From assembly GCF_004010195.1 (NCBI RefSeq), contig NC_057728.1, forward strand, positions 42,909,552 through 42,932,197: DNA of 22,646 nucleotides, in the 5' to 3' direction. Positions 1 through 10,746 of this stretch are shown here, one piece after another. The DNA comes from Chiloscyllium plagiosum. Lineage: Eukaryota. The position numbers and the translations under genes are program-made. The notes beneath the pieces were generated by a model, which ran no database searches, was not told the origin of the DNA, and saw only the letters and a program-made list of their open reading frames with translations. Numbering within the stretch: the first letter of the stretch is position 1; the number at the start of each line of letters is the position of its first letter.

Positions 1-1165
1 AACATCCAGTCTTATTCCTCCTTGAGCAAGGTCTCTGTTATTGCCACAACATCATAAGCCAACATGATAATTTGTGCCTGTAACTCCCAGCAGTATTAAC
101 TATTCATAATGCTGATTTAGACTTCTTTCTCCCTTAGGCCTATTTCACTTATTCATTCACTTTTTAGTGTTTGGGTGCTAGTTTCATGTCCCAATATTCT
201 GTGCACCTTGGTATTACTTCCTACTATTCGTTTCTGTTTCCCACATGCCCGTACCTCCAAAAGCACTATCAAAATGCTCCGCAAGGAATTTAGTCTTGGT
301 TATGCTCAGATGAAAAACATTTGGCTTGTACAGGTCATTTGGCCTTCAGCCAGTCCCAGGGTCCAAGAAATAAAAGCCCTCACTCTTGCATCTTCTTTCC
401 AGCTACAGCGTAATCTGTTTTTCTTACAATTTATGTACTCACTTACATGTGGCACTGGGAGTAATATAGAGATTACTATTTTCAAAGTTCTATTTGCTAC
501 TTTTTTATCTAGCTCCCTAAAATTCCAATTGCAAGATCGCATTAATCACCCCCCAAACCGTTTTTGTTAGTATTAGTGTGGACCAATACCTTAAGCTGTT
601 CACCCTCCACCAGAAGAATGTCCTACAACTGTTCTGTGACATTCTTGACTCTAGAATCAGGGAGGTGATACACCATCATTAAATCATATTGGCATTTGCA
701 AAAATGCCTTCCCATTTCCCTAACTAAAGAATTCTGTATTGCCAATCCCCTGACTTTTCACTCTTCCTCTTTCTCACCTAGACTACCCACCGTGCTACAG
801 GTGTGGCTCTTTCTGCACTTCTCTGAGGAGCCATCACCTTAACTAATATAAAAAAGGAATAAATTGTTAGCGAGCAGGACGTCTGTGGACTCCTGCATTA
901 CATGCCTGTTTCTCTTGGACTGCCTGATGGGAAATTATTTCTGAACTGTCAGTTTGCTTCTAATTGCTGTGTGACCACCTCTCTGAGCATGCTATCGATG
1001 TGGTTGGCTCCCTGACATGAGTACCTCAGTGACTCTTGCTGCTGCTTAACTCAATCTTGTTCAGTCCATGGCATTTCCTACACGCAGGTTCTTCCAGTCA
1101 TAGTTATCTACAACTTCTTAAATCCAACAGGATAGGCAATCCACTTGATTGAGTTGCCCTGCTAT
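1..1165 (-). mobile_element. Decayed CR1-type LINE, 5' part: ORF1 (Cys motif + SGNH esterase) and start of ORF2 endonuclease; runs off the window's left edge
   Basis: Minus-strand translations: IAGQLNQVDCLSCW at ~1165 (start codon decayed to ATA), CRKC at ~1080, FRELDKKVANRTLKIVISILLPVP (ORF 306..542, homologous to the ORF1 at 22206..22547), and YDVVAITETLL near positions 20-60 (APE N-terminus). Many stops and frameshifts. Confidence 0.8.
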
Positions 1166-1643
1166 ATTTAACTTACATTTTATGTTACTTTACTTACTGT
1201 GACTTTAGTAACTTCAAGTTATCCTAACTTTACTCATGTAAGATTAAATAAAAACTGATGATTTTTAGAAAGTAGAAATTCTTCCCCTTACCCACATCTC
1301 CTTCATCTCCTGTGCATGCAAGTTATTACTTTGTGCTGGGATGAAAATTTACATGTTTCAAACGTAGGGGAACTAAGACATTGTCCCTAACAGCAGCTGT
1401 TCAACAACAAGGAACTCATTGTTGTTCTGCAATGTTACTCTTGGACCGTTTCCTCCTCTCCTGGCACTCTTTTATCTGCTATTTCACCACTGTTTCCTGG
1501 TCTTTACATGCTGGTGATTGGCCTTATAGAGGGCGCTGACTGCCTCGCTGTCCTTCATGAGCACCACTCTGTTTATGGCCAACAGTGCAGGAAGGTCTTG
1601 GGTACATGGATTGTAAGTAACCAGGCTGAAGAAACCACTTTTT

Positions 1644-1745
1644 AAAAAAATTTATAGGATGTGGGCTTCATTGGCTGGTCAGAATTTATTGCCTTTGAGA
1701 AGATGGTGGTAAGCAGTCTTGTTGCACCACTGCAGTCGATGTACA
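1644..1745 (-). mobile_element. Short 3'-end fragment of an L2/Crack-like LINE
   Basis: ggatgtgggcttcattggctggtcagaatttattgcc...gagaagatggtggtaagc matches the ends of the copies at ~5000 (-) and ~17700 (+). Confidence 0.7.
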
Positions 1746-3084
1746 TATCATGGGTAAGGCTCACTCCTGGATCTCCTGCTTTTTTTGCCCATCAGCACTG
1801 CCCACCAGATTGTATATGGGTGACAGGCTTTGTTTGATATAGGAGACTACTAAACAAACAGAGATTTTACAATTATCCCATAGTTTGTTTTTAAAAAAAC
1901 CTAATTCGAAAACAAGCCTTTCCAACTTTAAAGTTATTGAATCAAATGAATTCAAATTTGCTAACTTCTGCAATGATATTTGAACTGGCATCTTTGGAAT
2001 TATTTGTCCAGATCTCTCCATGACTAGTTGAGTATGTTATGATTTTCATAGAGACTAGTAAATTTTAAAAATAACTTCAAACTTAAAGACACCTCACAGC
2101 TGTCAAAATACAATGCACCCAGCATTGCTAACTTGGAATCCCCAACTTTATTGCAACCCAGAGTTTGGGAACTTCTGGACTAGGCATTATCTTTGTGGAC
2201 AACTTTATTCTTTAACTTACAGAACATCACCCCCCTCCCCCATTTCATTTTAACACAACCATAAAAATATACTTCACAGGTAAACATGACACTGTCATTT
2301 AAGTAGATATTTAAGTCTCCCAACACAAGACAAAAGTTATTCTTAGCTCCTGAGCGTTTAATTCTGGATTTTTTTTTCCTTTTGCAGCTGTTATGATCTT
2401 GGCAGACACCAGTGACATCTTGTTTTTGTTTGAAAATCTGAAAACCTAGGTTTTTACTGAAACAATGAAGGCACAAGTTACACAGTTAAAAATCAAAATA
2501 ATTTTATTGAATAAAAATCAAAGGACACGAATAATAATAATTGTACTCTATCTGAAAACAGGAACTCTGTCTTAAGACAGGAAAATTACAATAAATAGCA
2601 TTAATTCTCTAAACCAACCTCTTAACTCAAATTTCCATCTACAACCATTTGACTGGCAAACCCCAAAGCACAAATCAGCTACTTATCAAATATTTGTAGC
2701 ATAACCGTTTTCTCTGCATAAGTTTCAAAAGGTTTGCCAAAGAGTTGAGATTTCTTGGGCTTTCTGCATTCTCTCAGCAAGGTTTTCCCATCAAATCTCC
2801 TCCAAAAATCCTATGGTTGTAAACACAAGTATAAGTCTTTGTGCAGCTAACCAAGGTCATTCAGAACTCTCCTATTTAATATTCTTTAACTCTGCAGTCT
2901 TGCATATAAGTTCTCTCACTAACTAGCTTAGCTATCTCTAGAAAGTCAGTCCCTGTTGTGAGTCCTTCAGTTAATAAGAGTTTTAAACTCCTTTATCTGA
3001 CATACAAAATTTCAACTGAGTTGTGCTGGAAAGAGATGTTTTCTGTTTTGCAACTAGATTGTCCATTATATCCCTAAACTGCTT

Positions 3085-3632
3085 GAATTGAATTTATTGT
3101 CACATGTACCAAGGCACAGTGAAAAGCTTTCTCTTGCAAGCAATACAGGCAGATCACAGAGTTAAGTAGCATAGCATAGACAAGCAAATAATAGGTAAAC
3201 AGCAGCAAAAACAAAAACACAGGTACAGGCGAATGTTAAGTGTTTGTGAGTCCATTCTGTATTCTAACAACAAGGTAGAATCTGTTTCAAAACCGCTGAT
3301 GCATGTGCTCAGGCTTCTGTACATTCTTCCTGATGGTAGAGGTGTAGAAAAACACTGCCAGGGTGAGATGGAGCTTTAAGAATGCTGGCGGGCTTTCCTT
3401 GACAGCAGGCCTGGTAGATGGATACTATGGATGGGAGGTTGGCCTTTGTGACTGTCCAGGCCGAGTTCATCACTCTCTGTAACCGCCTCCGATCTTGAAT
3501 GGCACGGTTGTCATAACAGGTAGTAATACATCCAGACAGAATGCTTTCAATGGCGCACCTATGAAAGTTGGCAAGGGTATTCGCTGTCATGCCAAATTTC
3601 CTCAGCTGCCTGAGGAAGAAGAGACGTTGTTG
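3085..3632 (-). mobile_element. 5'-truncated Rex1/Babar-type LINE, 3' end (RT C-terminal DUF1891-like region plus 3' UTR)
   Basis: Minus strand reads QQRLFFLRQLRKFGMTANTLANFHRCAIESILSGCIT...PSHPG (ORF 3309..3590), ending in AATAAA followed by a TTCAA-repeat tail at ~3085-3098. Confidence 0.85.
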
Positions 3633-4046
3633 TCAGAAATCAGAACCACACCTAACAAATCACACTTTTAATTAATGTGTGATTGAATCTTTGTCTTGTT
3701 TATCTCAGGTCATGTTCAATTACTGGAAACCAGCTGTTTTTATTTTGCAAGAATTCTTCTCGCATAGAAACCTACCTCTTTAAGGGATCATCATTCCAGT
3801 ACAAAGTATAATTTTCCCGTGAATTCATAGCCTGGTATCTTCGATCCCCAAGGCTGTCTTTTATGGAAAGTGTATAACTGGAAACCCTCCCTCTAGTACA
3901 GGCTAGGTGAATCTTCCAACCTTGTTTTAACACCTTATAAATTTGGTCTTTTCAATCCAAGCATGAGCTTCCACCACATTTCAGAATAATGAAACACAGA
4001 GATTTTCAGCCTCTAGCTGCTCTTTCTCCTCCAGGCCTTTTACTCT

Positions 4047-4280
4047 TAAGATCATAAGAAACAGAAGCAGAAGTAGGCCATTATCCCCATTGTACCTGCA
4101 TTGCAATTTAATAAAATTATAGCTGATTTAATTGTAGCCTCAATTACACTTGCCTGCATATCCCCAGTAACCCTTGACCTTTGTCAATCAAAAGCCTGTC
4201 TAGCTCAGCCTTCAATATATGCAATAGCATAGCTTCTACTGCCCTCTGTGGAAAATAATTTCAAAAGCCGAAAGCATTAG
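4047..4280 (-). mobile_element. CR1-type LINE 3'-end fragment
   Basis: taagatcataagaaacagaagcagaagtaggccatt is the reverse complement of a CR1 3' tail; it resembles the ends at 13684 and 15668. Confidence 0.65.
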
Positions 4281-4989
4281 CAGAATACCCTACCTACGAT
4301 TCAGTAATATTTTAGGAAATCGAGTAGCACAATATCCCCTGTACCCTTCACAATGACAAAATGAATCATGTGGACCTTACATGCAGGTAGAAATGGTGAT
4401 TATCTAAACTTGCGAGCCTTAATTTTTTTTCAGATTGCAGTTTAAAGTATAACTGTTCACAACCCAAGATCTTCAAAAGTTTTCTGTGACTTTGGATATT
4501 AACATTTAATCCATTGCTAATGAACGGGCGTCAGCTATTGTTTTCAAGCATAAACAATAGCACCTTTTACCCAGTAACTCAATTGTCCGACCCACCCTTT
4601 AATCTTTCACAATACTGCTCAGACTTACTGTCATGCAGAATTCAGTGGAAGTTACATGACCCCCTTCATTTTATCCCAAATGACACAATCCCAAAGCATG
4701 ACAATATGATAAAGCTAAAAATTGTAATAAGGAACATATCACTGTGCTATTACACCTCAAACAATAAACCAATTTTGACAAAGCAAGTGGGAGAAATTGA
4801 TTCCTCTGGCATTAGGTTCAGTAACCTACAACTTTGAAATAATTGCTAAAAGAGTTGAAGAGGAAGCAAAGAGAAATTCCTTTCTGCAGAGGTTTGTGAA
4901 CAACACTGGAACACATTGCCTGAGCATGTGCTGAAATCATTGCATTATAACTTTCAAAACACTATTGGACATGAATCTGTTTTTATCTT

Positions 4990-6010
4990 AACAATCATTC
5001 ATGTAATGTGGGCAGCATTGGCTAAGCCAGCATTTATTGCCTGTCCTTAATTGTCCTAGAGAAGGTTGCAAGTTGCCATCTTGCACCACTATAGTTCTTA
5101 GGATGTAGGGGAAACCACGGTGCTGTTAGGAAGGAAGTTCCAAGGTTTTGACCCAGCGTTGAGCAAGGAATAGTCGAATAGTTCCAAGTCAGCATGTCAA
5201 GGGGTTTGAATGGGAACTTCCAGATGATGAAGTTTACATGCAATTGCAACATTTGTTTTCAAAGCAGTAGACGTCACGGATTTAGAATGTGCTGTTTAGA
5301 ACAAGGCTTGGTGAGTTACTGCTGTTCATATTGTTGATGGTATACTTTGCTGCCACAATGTTTCGGTGGTTGAGGGACTGCTTATTGAAGATGGTAAATT
5401 GGGTGCCAATCAATTGGGCCGGTTTGTCCTGAATTTTGTTGAGCTTATATTGTTGGAGTTGTGCCATCATAAACCTGATTTGTACCTTGGACAGACTTTG
5501 GGAAGTCAGGAGGTGAATTACACAGTGGGGAATTACTAACCTTTGATCCACTGTCATAGCCAAAGTAGATGTATAGCAGGTCCAGTACAGTTTCTGATCA
5601 ATTGTAACTCTCAGGATGATGATAGTAGAGGATTCAGTGATGGTAATGTTATTAAATGTCAATGAACTTTGGTTAACTTCTCTCTTGTTGGAAATAGTCT
5701 TGGCTAGCACTTGTGTGGTTTAAATATTACTACTATTTGTCAGCTCGAACCTCAATGTTATGACTAGCTTTAGTATCTGAGCAGTGGCAAAAAAATCTGA
5801 ACATTGTGCAATGATCAGGGAACGTCCACACTTCTGTCTTTATTATGAAAGGACTGTCACTGATGAAGTAGCTGAAAGTGGTTGGGCTTTGGAACATCAA
5901 CCTAAGAAACTCCTACAGTGATGTTCTTGGACTGAGATGATTAAACTCCAACGACCACAACACATCTTCCTTATTGCTAGTTATGCTGTCAGCCAATGGC
6001 GAGCTTTGCG
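4990..6010 (-). mobile_element. Decayed L2/Crack-like LINE, RT C-terminal half plus 3' end
   Basis: ORF 5282..5710 gives ILRVTIDQKLYW...KLNKIQDKPAQLIG, typical of a non-LTR RT C-terminus. The 3' terminus is shared with the copies at 1644 and 17455. Confidence 0.8.
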
Positions 6011-6287
6011 TGTAGTGGAAAGTTGCCCCATCTGTCATTTTCAGACACATCTCTTGGCAGCAAAACAAAACTGGACAGAATTTCTATTTTTTAGTACCTT
6101 CACTTTTGTACTCCTGCACTCCAAACTATATCACTTTTGGTAATGGAATCTTCAAACTGAATTTTATTTGTATGTTTTAAAGTGACCAATCCAACGATTG
6201 GTCCTCCAGAATGCAGCCCTTTTTTGATCATTCCAATATTCCAAATAAACACCAGAAAGATGAGAAATACTTTTCTCATTATTGCTA

Positions 6288-6615
6288 TTAATTCACAAGA
6301 TGTTGGTGCCGCTGGCTAAATCGGCATTTGTTGCCCAGGCCTAATTGCCCAGAAGGCGGTTAAGAGTCAACGGCATTGCTGTGGGATGGGAGTCACATGG
6401 TGGTCAGATCAGACAGCAGCTATTCCTTCCCTTCCTTATAGAAAAGGGCATTTGTGAACCAGATGAGTTTTTACAACAACTAACAGTGATTATGTGGTTG
6501 CCATTAGGTTAGCTTTTAATTCCAGATTTTATTGAATTCAAATTTCACCCCGCACCCCCGATGGGATTCAAATCCATGTTCCCAAAACATTAACCTGGAA
6601 TTTTGGATTATTAAT
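6288..6615 (-). mobile_element. tRNA-derived SINE whose 3' tail matches the L2/Crack-like LINE 3' end
   Basis: B-box-like GGATTTGAATCCC on the minus strand (~6563-6575), a non-coding body, and 6290-6350 matching the LINE terminus (gctggctaaatcggcatttgttgcccaggcctaattgccc). Confidence 0.7.
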
Positions 6616-6857
6616 CTAGAGAGGTTTTAAAATATTTGATTGTGACTTTATTCATCTTTACTTTTAGATTTAGATTATTAGCATGAATTGAGATGTCTTA
6701 ACAGTGAGTCTTTTCTTTACAATTTATGATGGATTATAAAGACAACTAATGTCGTGCTCAATGTGAAGATAGAGTATTTAGCACTCAGTACCTGCTAGGT
6801 TAACAAAGTTAAAAACCACAAAACACCAGGTTATACCCCAACAGGTTTATTTGGAAG

Positions 6858-6895
6858 CACTAGCTTTCACAGCGCTGCTCCTTCATCAGGTGGCT
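6858..6895 (-). ncRNA. Minimal hammerhead ribozyme-like motif in the inverted Penelope arm (stem II partly decayed)
   Basis: Minus strand: CAC-CTGATGA-A-GGAGC-AGC-GCTGT-GAAA-GC-TA-GTG. Confidence 0.6.
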
Positions 6896-8577
6896 GTGGA
6901 GTATAAGATTGTAAGACACTAAATTTATAGAAAAAGTTGTGATGCAACTGAAATTACATATTGAAAAAGACCTGGATTGTTTGTTTAGAATGACCATGTT
7001 GGTTTCAGTTCTTTCATATGTAAATCCCAAAATGTTTTTAAAAAATTACATTTTCAAGTGAACTTTAACAATAGGTGTCATGTGTGTGAGAACCTCTGTG
7101 GCTATGTCCAGGGCATCTTGAAACCCACTGTACAGGTGATGCCCAGCTTCCGTCGCGATACTACAGATTTTTACAGAAACTCAGCACCCATGGACCAATC
7201 GAACCGGGAACATTCCTCATCACAATGGATGTGTCAGCACTCTACACCAGCATCCCCCACAATGATGGCATTGTGGCAACAACCTCAGTACTCAACACCA
7301 ATAACTGCCCATCTCTGAGCACTGTCCTACAACTCATCCGCTTTATCCTTGACCACAATATTTTCACCTTTGACATACAGTTCTTCATCTAGACACATGG
7401 AACAACCATGGGGACCAAATTTGCACCCCAATATGCCAACATTTTCATGCACAGGTTCAAATAAGACTTCTTCTCTACGCAGGTCCTTCAACCAACACTA
7501 TACACCAGGTACATTGACAACATTTTCATCCTCTGGACTCATGTCACTGAAACAACGACACACTGATATCAACGAATTTCATCCCACCATCAAACTCACC
7601 ATGGACTACTCTTTAGTATCTGTCTCATTCTTGGACACATACATCGCCATCAAGGATGGGCACCTAAGCACCTCACTCTACCACAAACCCACGGATAACC
7701 TCAGGATGCTACACTTCTCCAGCTTCCACCTGAAACATATTAAAATAGCCATCCCCTACAGACAAGCCCTACATGTACACATGATCTGTTCAGAAGAGGA
7801 GGAATGTGATGGGCACTTGGAAGTACTCAAGAATGCCATCATATGAACAGGGTACGATGCTCAACTCATCGACCACCAGTTCCGACATGCCACAGTGAGA
7901 AACCATAATGACCTCCTCCGGAAACAGACACGAGCTGCAACCGACAGGGTACCCTTCGTTGTCTAGTACTTACCAGGAGCCAAAAAAACTACACCATGTT
8001 CTTTGCAGCCTGCAAGACGTTATCAATGAGTACCTTGCCGAGACCTTCCCTACACCCCCACTTCTCATCTTTAAACAACCACCAAACCTCAAACAGATCA
8101 TTATTCACAGCAAATTGTCCGGCTCTCAGGACAACACCATGCAACCCTGTCACGGCGAATGCTGCAAGACGTGTCAGAGTGTGGACATGGATATCACCAC
8201 TACATGTGAGGACACCAAACACCATGTACATGGTTGATACTCATGCGACTCGGCCAACATTGTCTATCTCATACACTACAGGCCAGGATGCCCTGAGGCA
8301 TGGTACAATGACAAACCAAGCAGAGGCTAGGGCAACAGATGAATGGACACCACACAACAATTAATAGACAGGAGTGTTCCCTCCCACTTGAAGAACACTT
8401 CAGTGGTCCAGGACATTCAACCTCAGACCTTTGGGTGACCATGCTCCAAGGCAGACTTCAGGACAGGCAACAACGCAAAGTAGCCGAGCAGAGGCTGATA
8501 GCCAAGTTCGGTACCTATAGGGAGGGCCTCAACCGGGACCATGGGTTCATGTGACACTACAAGTGACCCTACTGCAC

Positions 8578-8716
8578 TACACTCTCTCTCTCTCTCACAC
8601 ACACATGCACCTGCTCACAAATTTATACCCCTTTACACTCACACTCATACATACATGCACTCTCTCACAGACAGTCATACCACCTCCCCCCACACACACA
8701 CCCGCATGCACAGACA
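8578..8716 (+). repeat. Degenerate (CT)n/(CA)n microsatellite region in the Penelope 3' UTR
   Basis: ctctctctctctctcacacacaca...cacacacaca directly visible. Confidence 0.8.
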
Positions 8717-9053
8717 GAGGTATAAGTTTGTGGGGTGAATTTGTACTTGCAGAATTACATTTTATTTTGCTCCAAAGACTGCATAAATCCATGTAAGATT
8801 CTGTAAATCTCTTTTTTAGAAATGGAATCAGTCTGAACATTGGGACGCAGACAGCTTCACACAGGGCACCTCACACCTTCAATGCATTATCTGGGCTGAC
8901 ATGCCATCTATTGCTAAAGTCCACTTGAGAATGAAATTTTTAAAAAAGATTTTGTGATTTACATATGAAAGAACTGAAACCAATATTGTCACTCTAAAAG
9001 ACAAGAGACTTAACAAACAATCCAGGTATTTTTCAATATAAAATTTCAGTTGC

Positions 9054-9205
9054 ATGTATTGCAATGTAACAAACTACAGAGCGTTCTGTTTTCAAGAGAT
9101 TTGTTCTGCAATCACAGGCCCAGACAGTAAATCAATTCAGGGTGAAACATGTTACTGGTAATGTGACACATTATTAAATGATATTCGGCACCAATAAGAA
9201 AATAA
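9054..9205 (+). repeat. Direct repeat copy 1 (152 bp) of 9888..10030, inserted in the Penelope 3' terminal repeat
   Basis: atgtattgcaatgtaacaaactacagagcgttc...cggcaccaataagaaaataa is present at both sites and absent from the inverted arm at ~6930-6945. Confidence 0.95.
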
Positions 9206-9256
9206 CTGTATATTTTTGCTATAAATTCTGTATCTTATGATCTTACACTCCACAAC

Positions 9257-9291
9257 CACCTGATGAGGGAGCAGCACTCAGAAAGCCAGTG
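9257..9291 (+). ncRNA. Minimal hammerhead-like motif in the Penelope 3' terminal repeat (cleavage-site U mutated to C; probably inactive)
   Basis: CAC-CTGATGA(9260-9266)-G-GGAGC-AGC-ACTCA-GAAA(9281-9284)-GC-CA-GTG. Confidence 0.55.
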
Positions 9292-9571
9292 CTTCTAAAT
9301 AAACCTGTTGGACTATAACCTGGAGTAGTATGAATTTTAACTTTGTACGCCCCAATGTAGGCATCTCCAAATCATGTTAGGTTAATGGCCATCATTCGGA
9401 GTTGACCAACTGTCTCACTCAGGTGTTTGTCAGTCCGCACTGTTTTACCAGTGAAGAAACTGACCACAGTTCCCATCTCTCAGCAAGAAATGTATATCTG
9501 ATAACCTTACACCCCAATAAAAGGCCTCTTTTCAGCTTTCACCAGGACATTTGTGTTTTCTTTGCAAGGTA

Positions 9572-9708
9572 GGCCTCATTCCTGAAGAAGGGCTTTTGCC
9601 GAAACGTCGATTCTCCTGCTCCTCAGACGCTGCCTGAGCTGCTGTGCTTTTCCAGCACCACATTCTCCACTCTAATCTCTAGCATCTGCAGTGCTCACTT
9701 TCGCCTAG
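9572..9708 (+). mobile_element. Short non-autonomous Penelope-type terminal-repeat fragment (second family) beginning with a hammerhead-like motif
   Basis: CTGAAGA(9582-9588)-AGGGC-TTTT-GCC-GAAA(9601-9604)-CGTC, then gctgctgtgcttttccagc...agcatctgcagt, homologous to both arms of 18224..18409. Confidence 0.75.
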
Positions 9709-9887
9709 GTGAACTACATCGGGGAGTTGTTACAATGACTGATAAATGATCTGATTCGAGTGTTCCGGAGCAAATTTAATACGTAAGTCGGAAGTTCTGC
9801 ACTGATATAAATATTGCCCTGGCAACATGTCAAGAAAAAGACGAACACAAGTTTCGCAATAATTACACATTGTAGCGAAAAGGGGCT

Positions 9888-10030
9888 ATGTATTGCAATG
9901 TAACAAACTACAGAGCGTTCCAGAGATTTGTTCTGCCATCACAGGCCCAGATGGTAATTCAATTCAGGGTGAAACGTCACTGGTAATGTGACACATTATT
10001 AAATGATATTCGGCACCAATAAGAAAATAA
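9888..10030 (+). repeat. Direct repeat copy 2 (143 bp), probable donor, in unique DNA ~0.72-0.86 kb upstream of the MYF6 ATG
   Basis: Aligns to 9054..9205 with a 7-nt indel, a 2-nt indel and a few substitutions. Confidence 0.95.
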
Positions 10031-10583
10031 GACTTTAATATTAATAAGGTTGTGCTAATTCCAGTAGGGTGTTTGAAATCACCATTATATATTCTGCAAT
10101 TTCACTAATTTCTGGATCTTGGTGAAGAGGTATTTTGACCATAGGTTCTCCCTAGGTTTCTCCCAACTGTTGGGAAGTCGCTTCACGTTTAACAGTGGCG
10201 TAACGTTAAACCTGAAGTAAAACGCGTGCGCGCTTTATCTCCGAACAATATTATACAAACACCCGTTGATATTCAGCATATCAGCAAGGGTATCCTATTT
10301 TACTTTAACAACTTAACAAGGAAGCCAGAAACAAAAAGCCAGTTTTATTCAGAATTGAATGGACTGAGCATTGGAAGGAAAAAAAGTCGATACAGTTGAG
10401 ATTCTCTCATGAGGTAGAGAGATCACTTGGTCATCAAAGAATAAACTGAATGTGCCTCTCTGTCCTAGGAAACGTTGCGTTTCGAAAATAGAAACGCTGT
10501 AATAATGACAGCGGCCAGACAGCTCAGTAAGACAAGTCCTGAGAGTTTGATACATTGCGACAGCTAAATGTTGGATAGAATTT

Positions 10584-10660
10584 CACCTGCTTCTATATAT
10601 ATGTATGTATGTATATATAGCCCATGGACTTGTCATCCAACTCTTTAAATGCCATCGAAA
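10584..10660 (+). promoter_or_regulatory. Probable MYF6 proximal promoter: E-box, TATA/MEF2-like AT tract and TTAAATGCCATC motif
   Basis: CACCTG 10584-10589; CTATATAT-(ATGT)3-ATATATAG 10593-10620; TTAAATGCCATC 10645-10656; 90-160 bp upstream of the ATG. Mammalian MRF4 promoters are known to use an E-box plus an overlapping MEF2/TATA site. Confidence 0.65.
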
Positions 10661-10746
10661 CCCCTCTGCGGCTTTTGATCCACTGTCTCTCAATCTCCCG
10701 TACGCATACATAAGTGCAAACCCCACACAAAACTTCACAAGCGAGG

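Larger units (their letters stand above)
6804..9374 (+). mobile_element. Penelope-like retroelement (RT + GIY-YIG endonuclease), 5'-truncated, with an inverted copy of its 3' terminal repeat at the 5' end; pseudogenised
   Basis: RT remnants MDVSALYTSIPH, (G)TTMGTKFAPQYANIFM, RYIDNIF, FLDTYI, LYHKPTD (7080-7850). GIY-YIG remnants CHGECCKTC, SANIVYLI, EHFSGPGH, EQRLIAKFGT..GLN (8140-8554). 6804..7083 is the reverse complement of ~8899..9346. TSD TGCTAGGTTAA (6793-6803) / TGTTAGGTTAA (9375-9385). Confidence 0.92.

Noticed and set aside
1761..4837. Short ORFs at 1761, 2180 and 4514 as host exons (e.g. of the usual upstream neighbour PTPRQ)
   Set aside because: No recognisable phosphatase or fibronectin-III motifs and no convincing exon structure.
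10714..10746. ORF-track N-terminal extension [11 protein letters not shown] from a GTG start
   Set aside because: An artefact of allowing alternative starts; MYF6 homology begins at the ATG at 10747.
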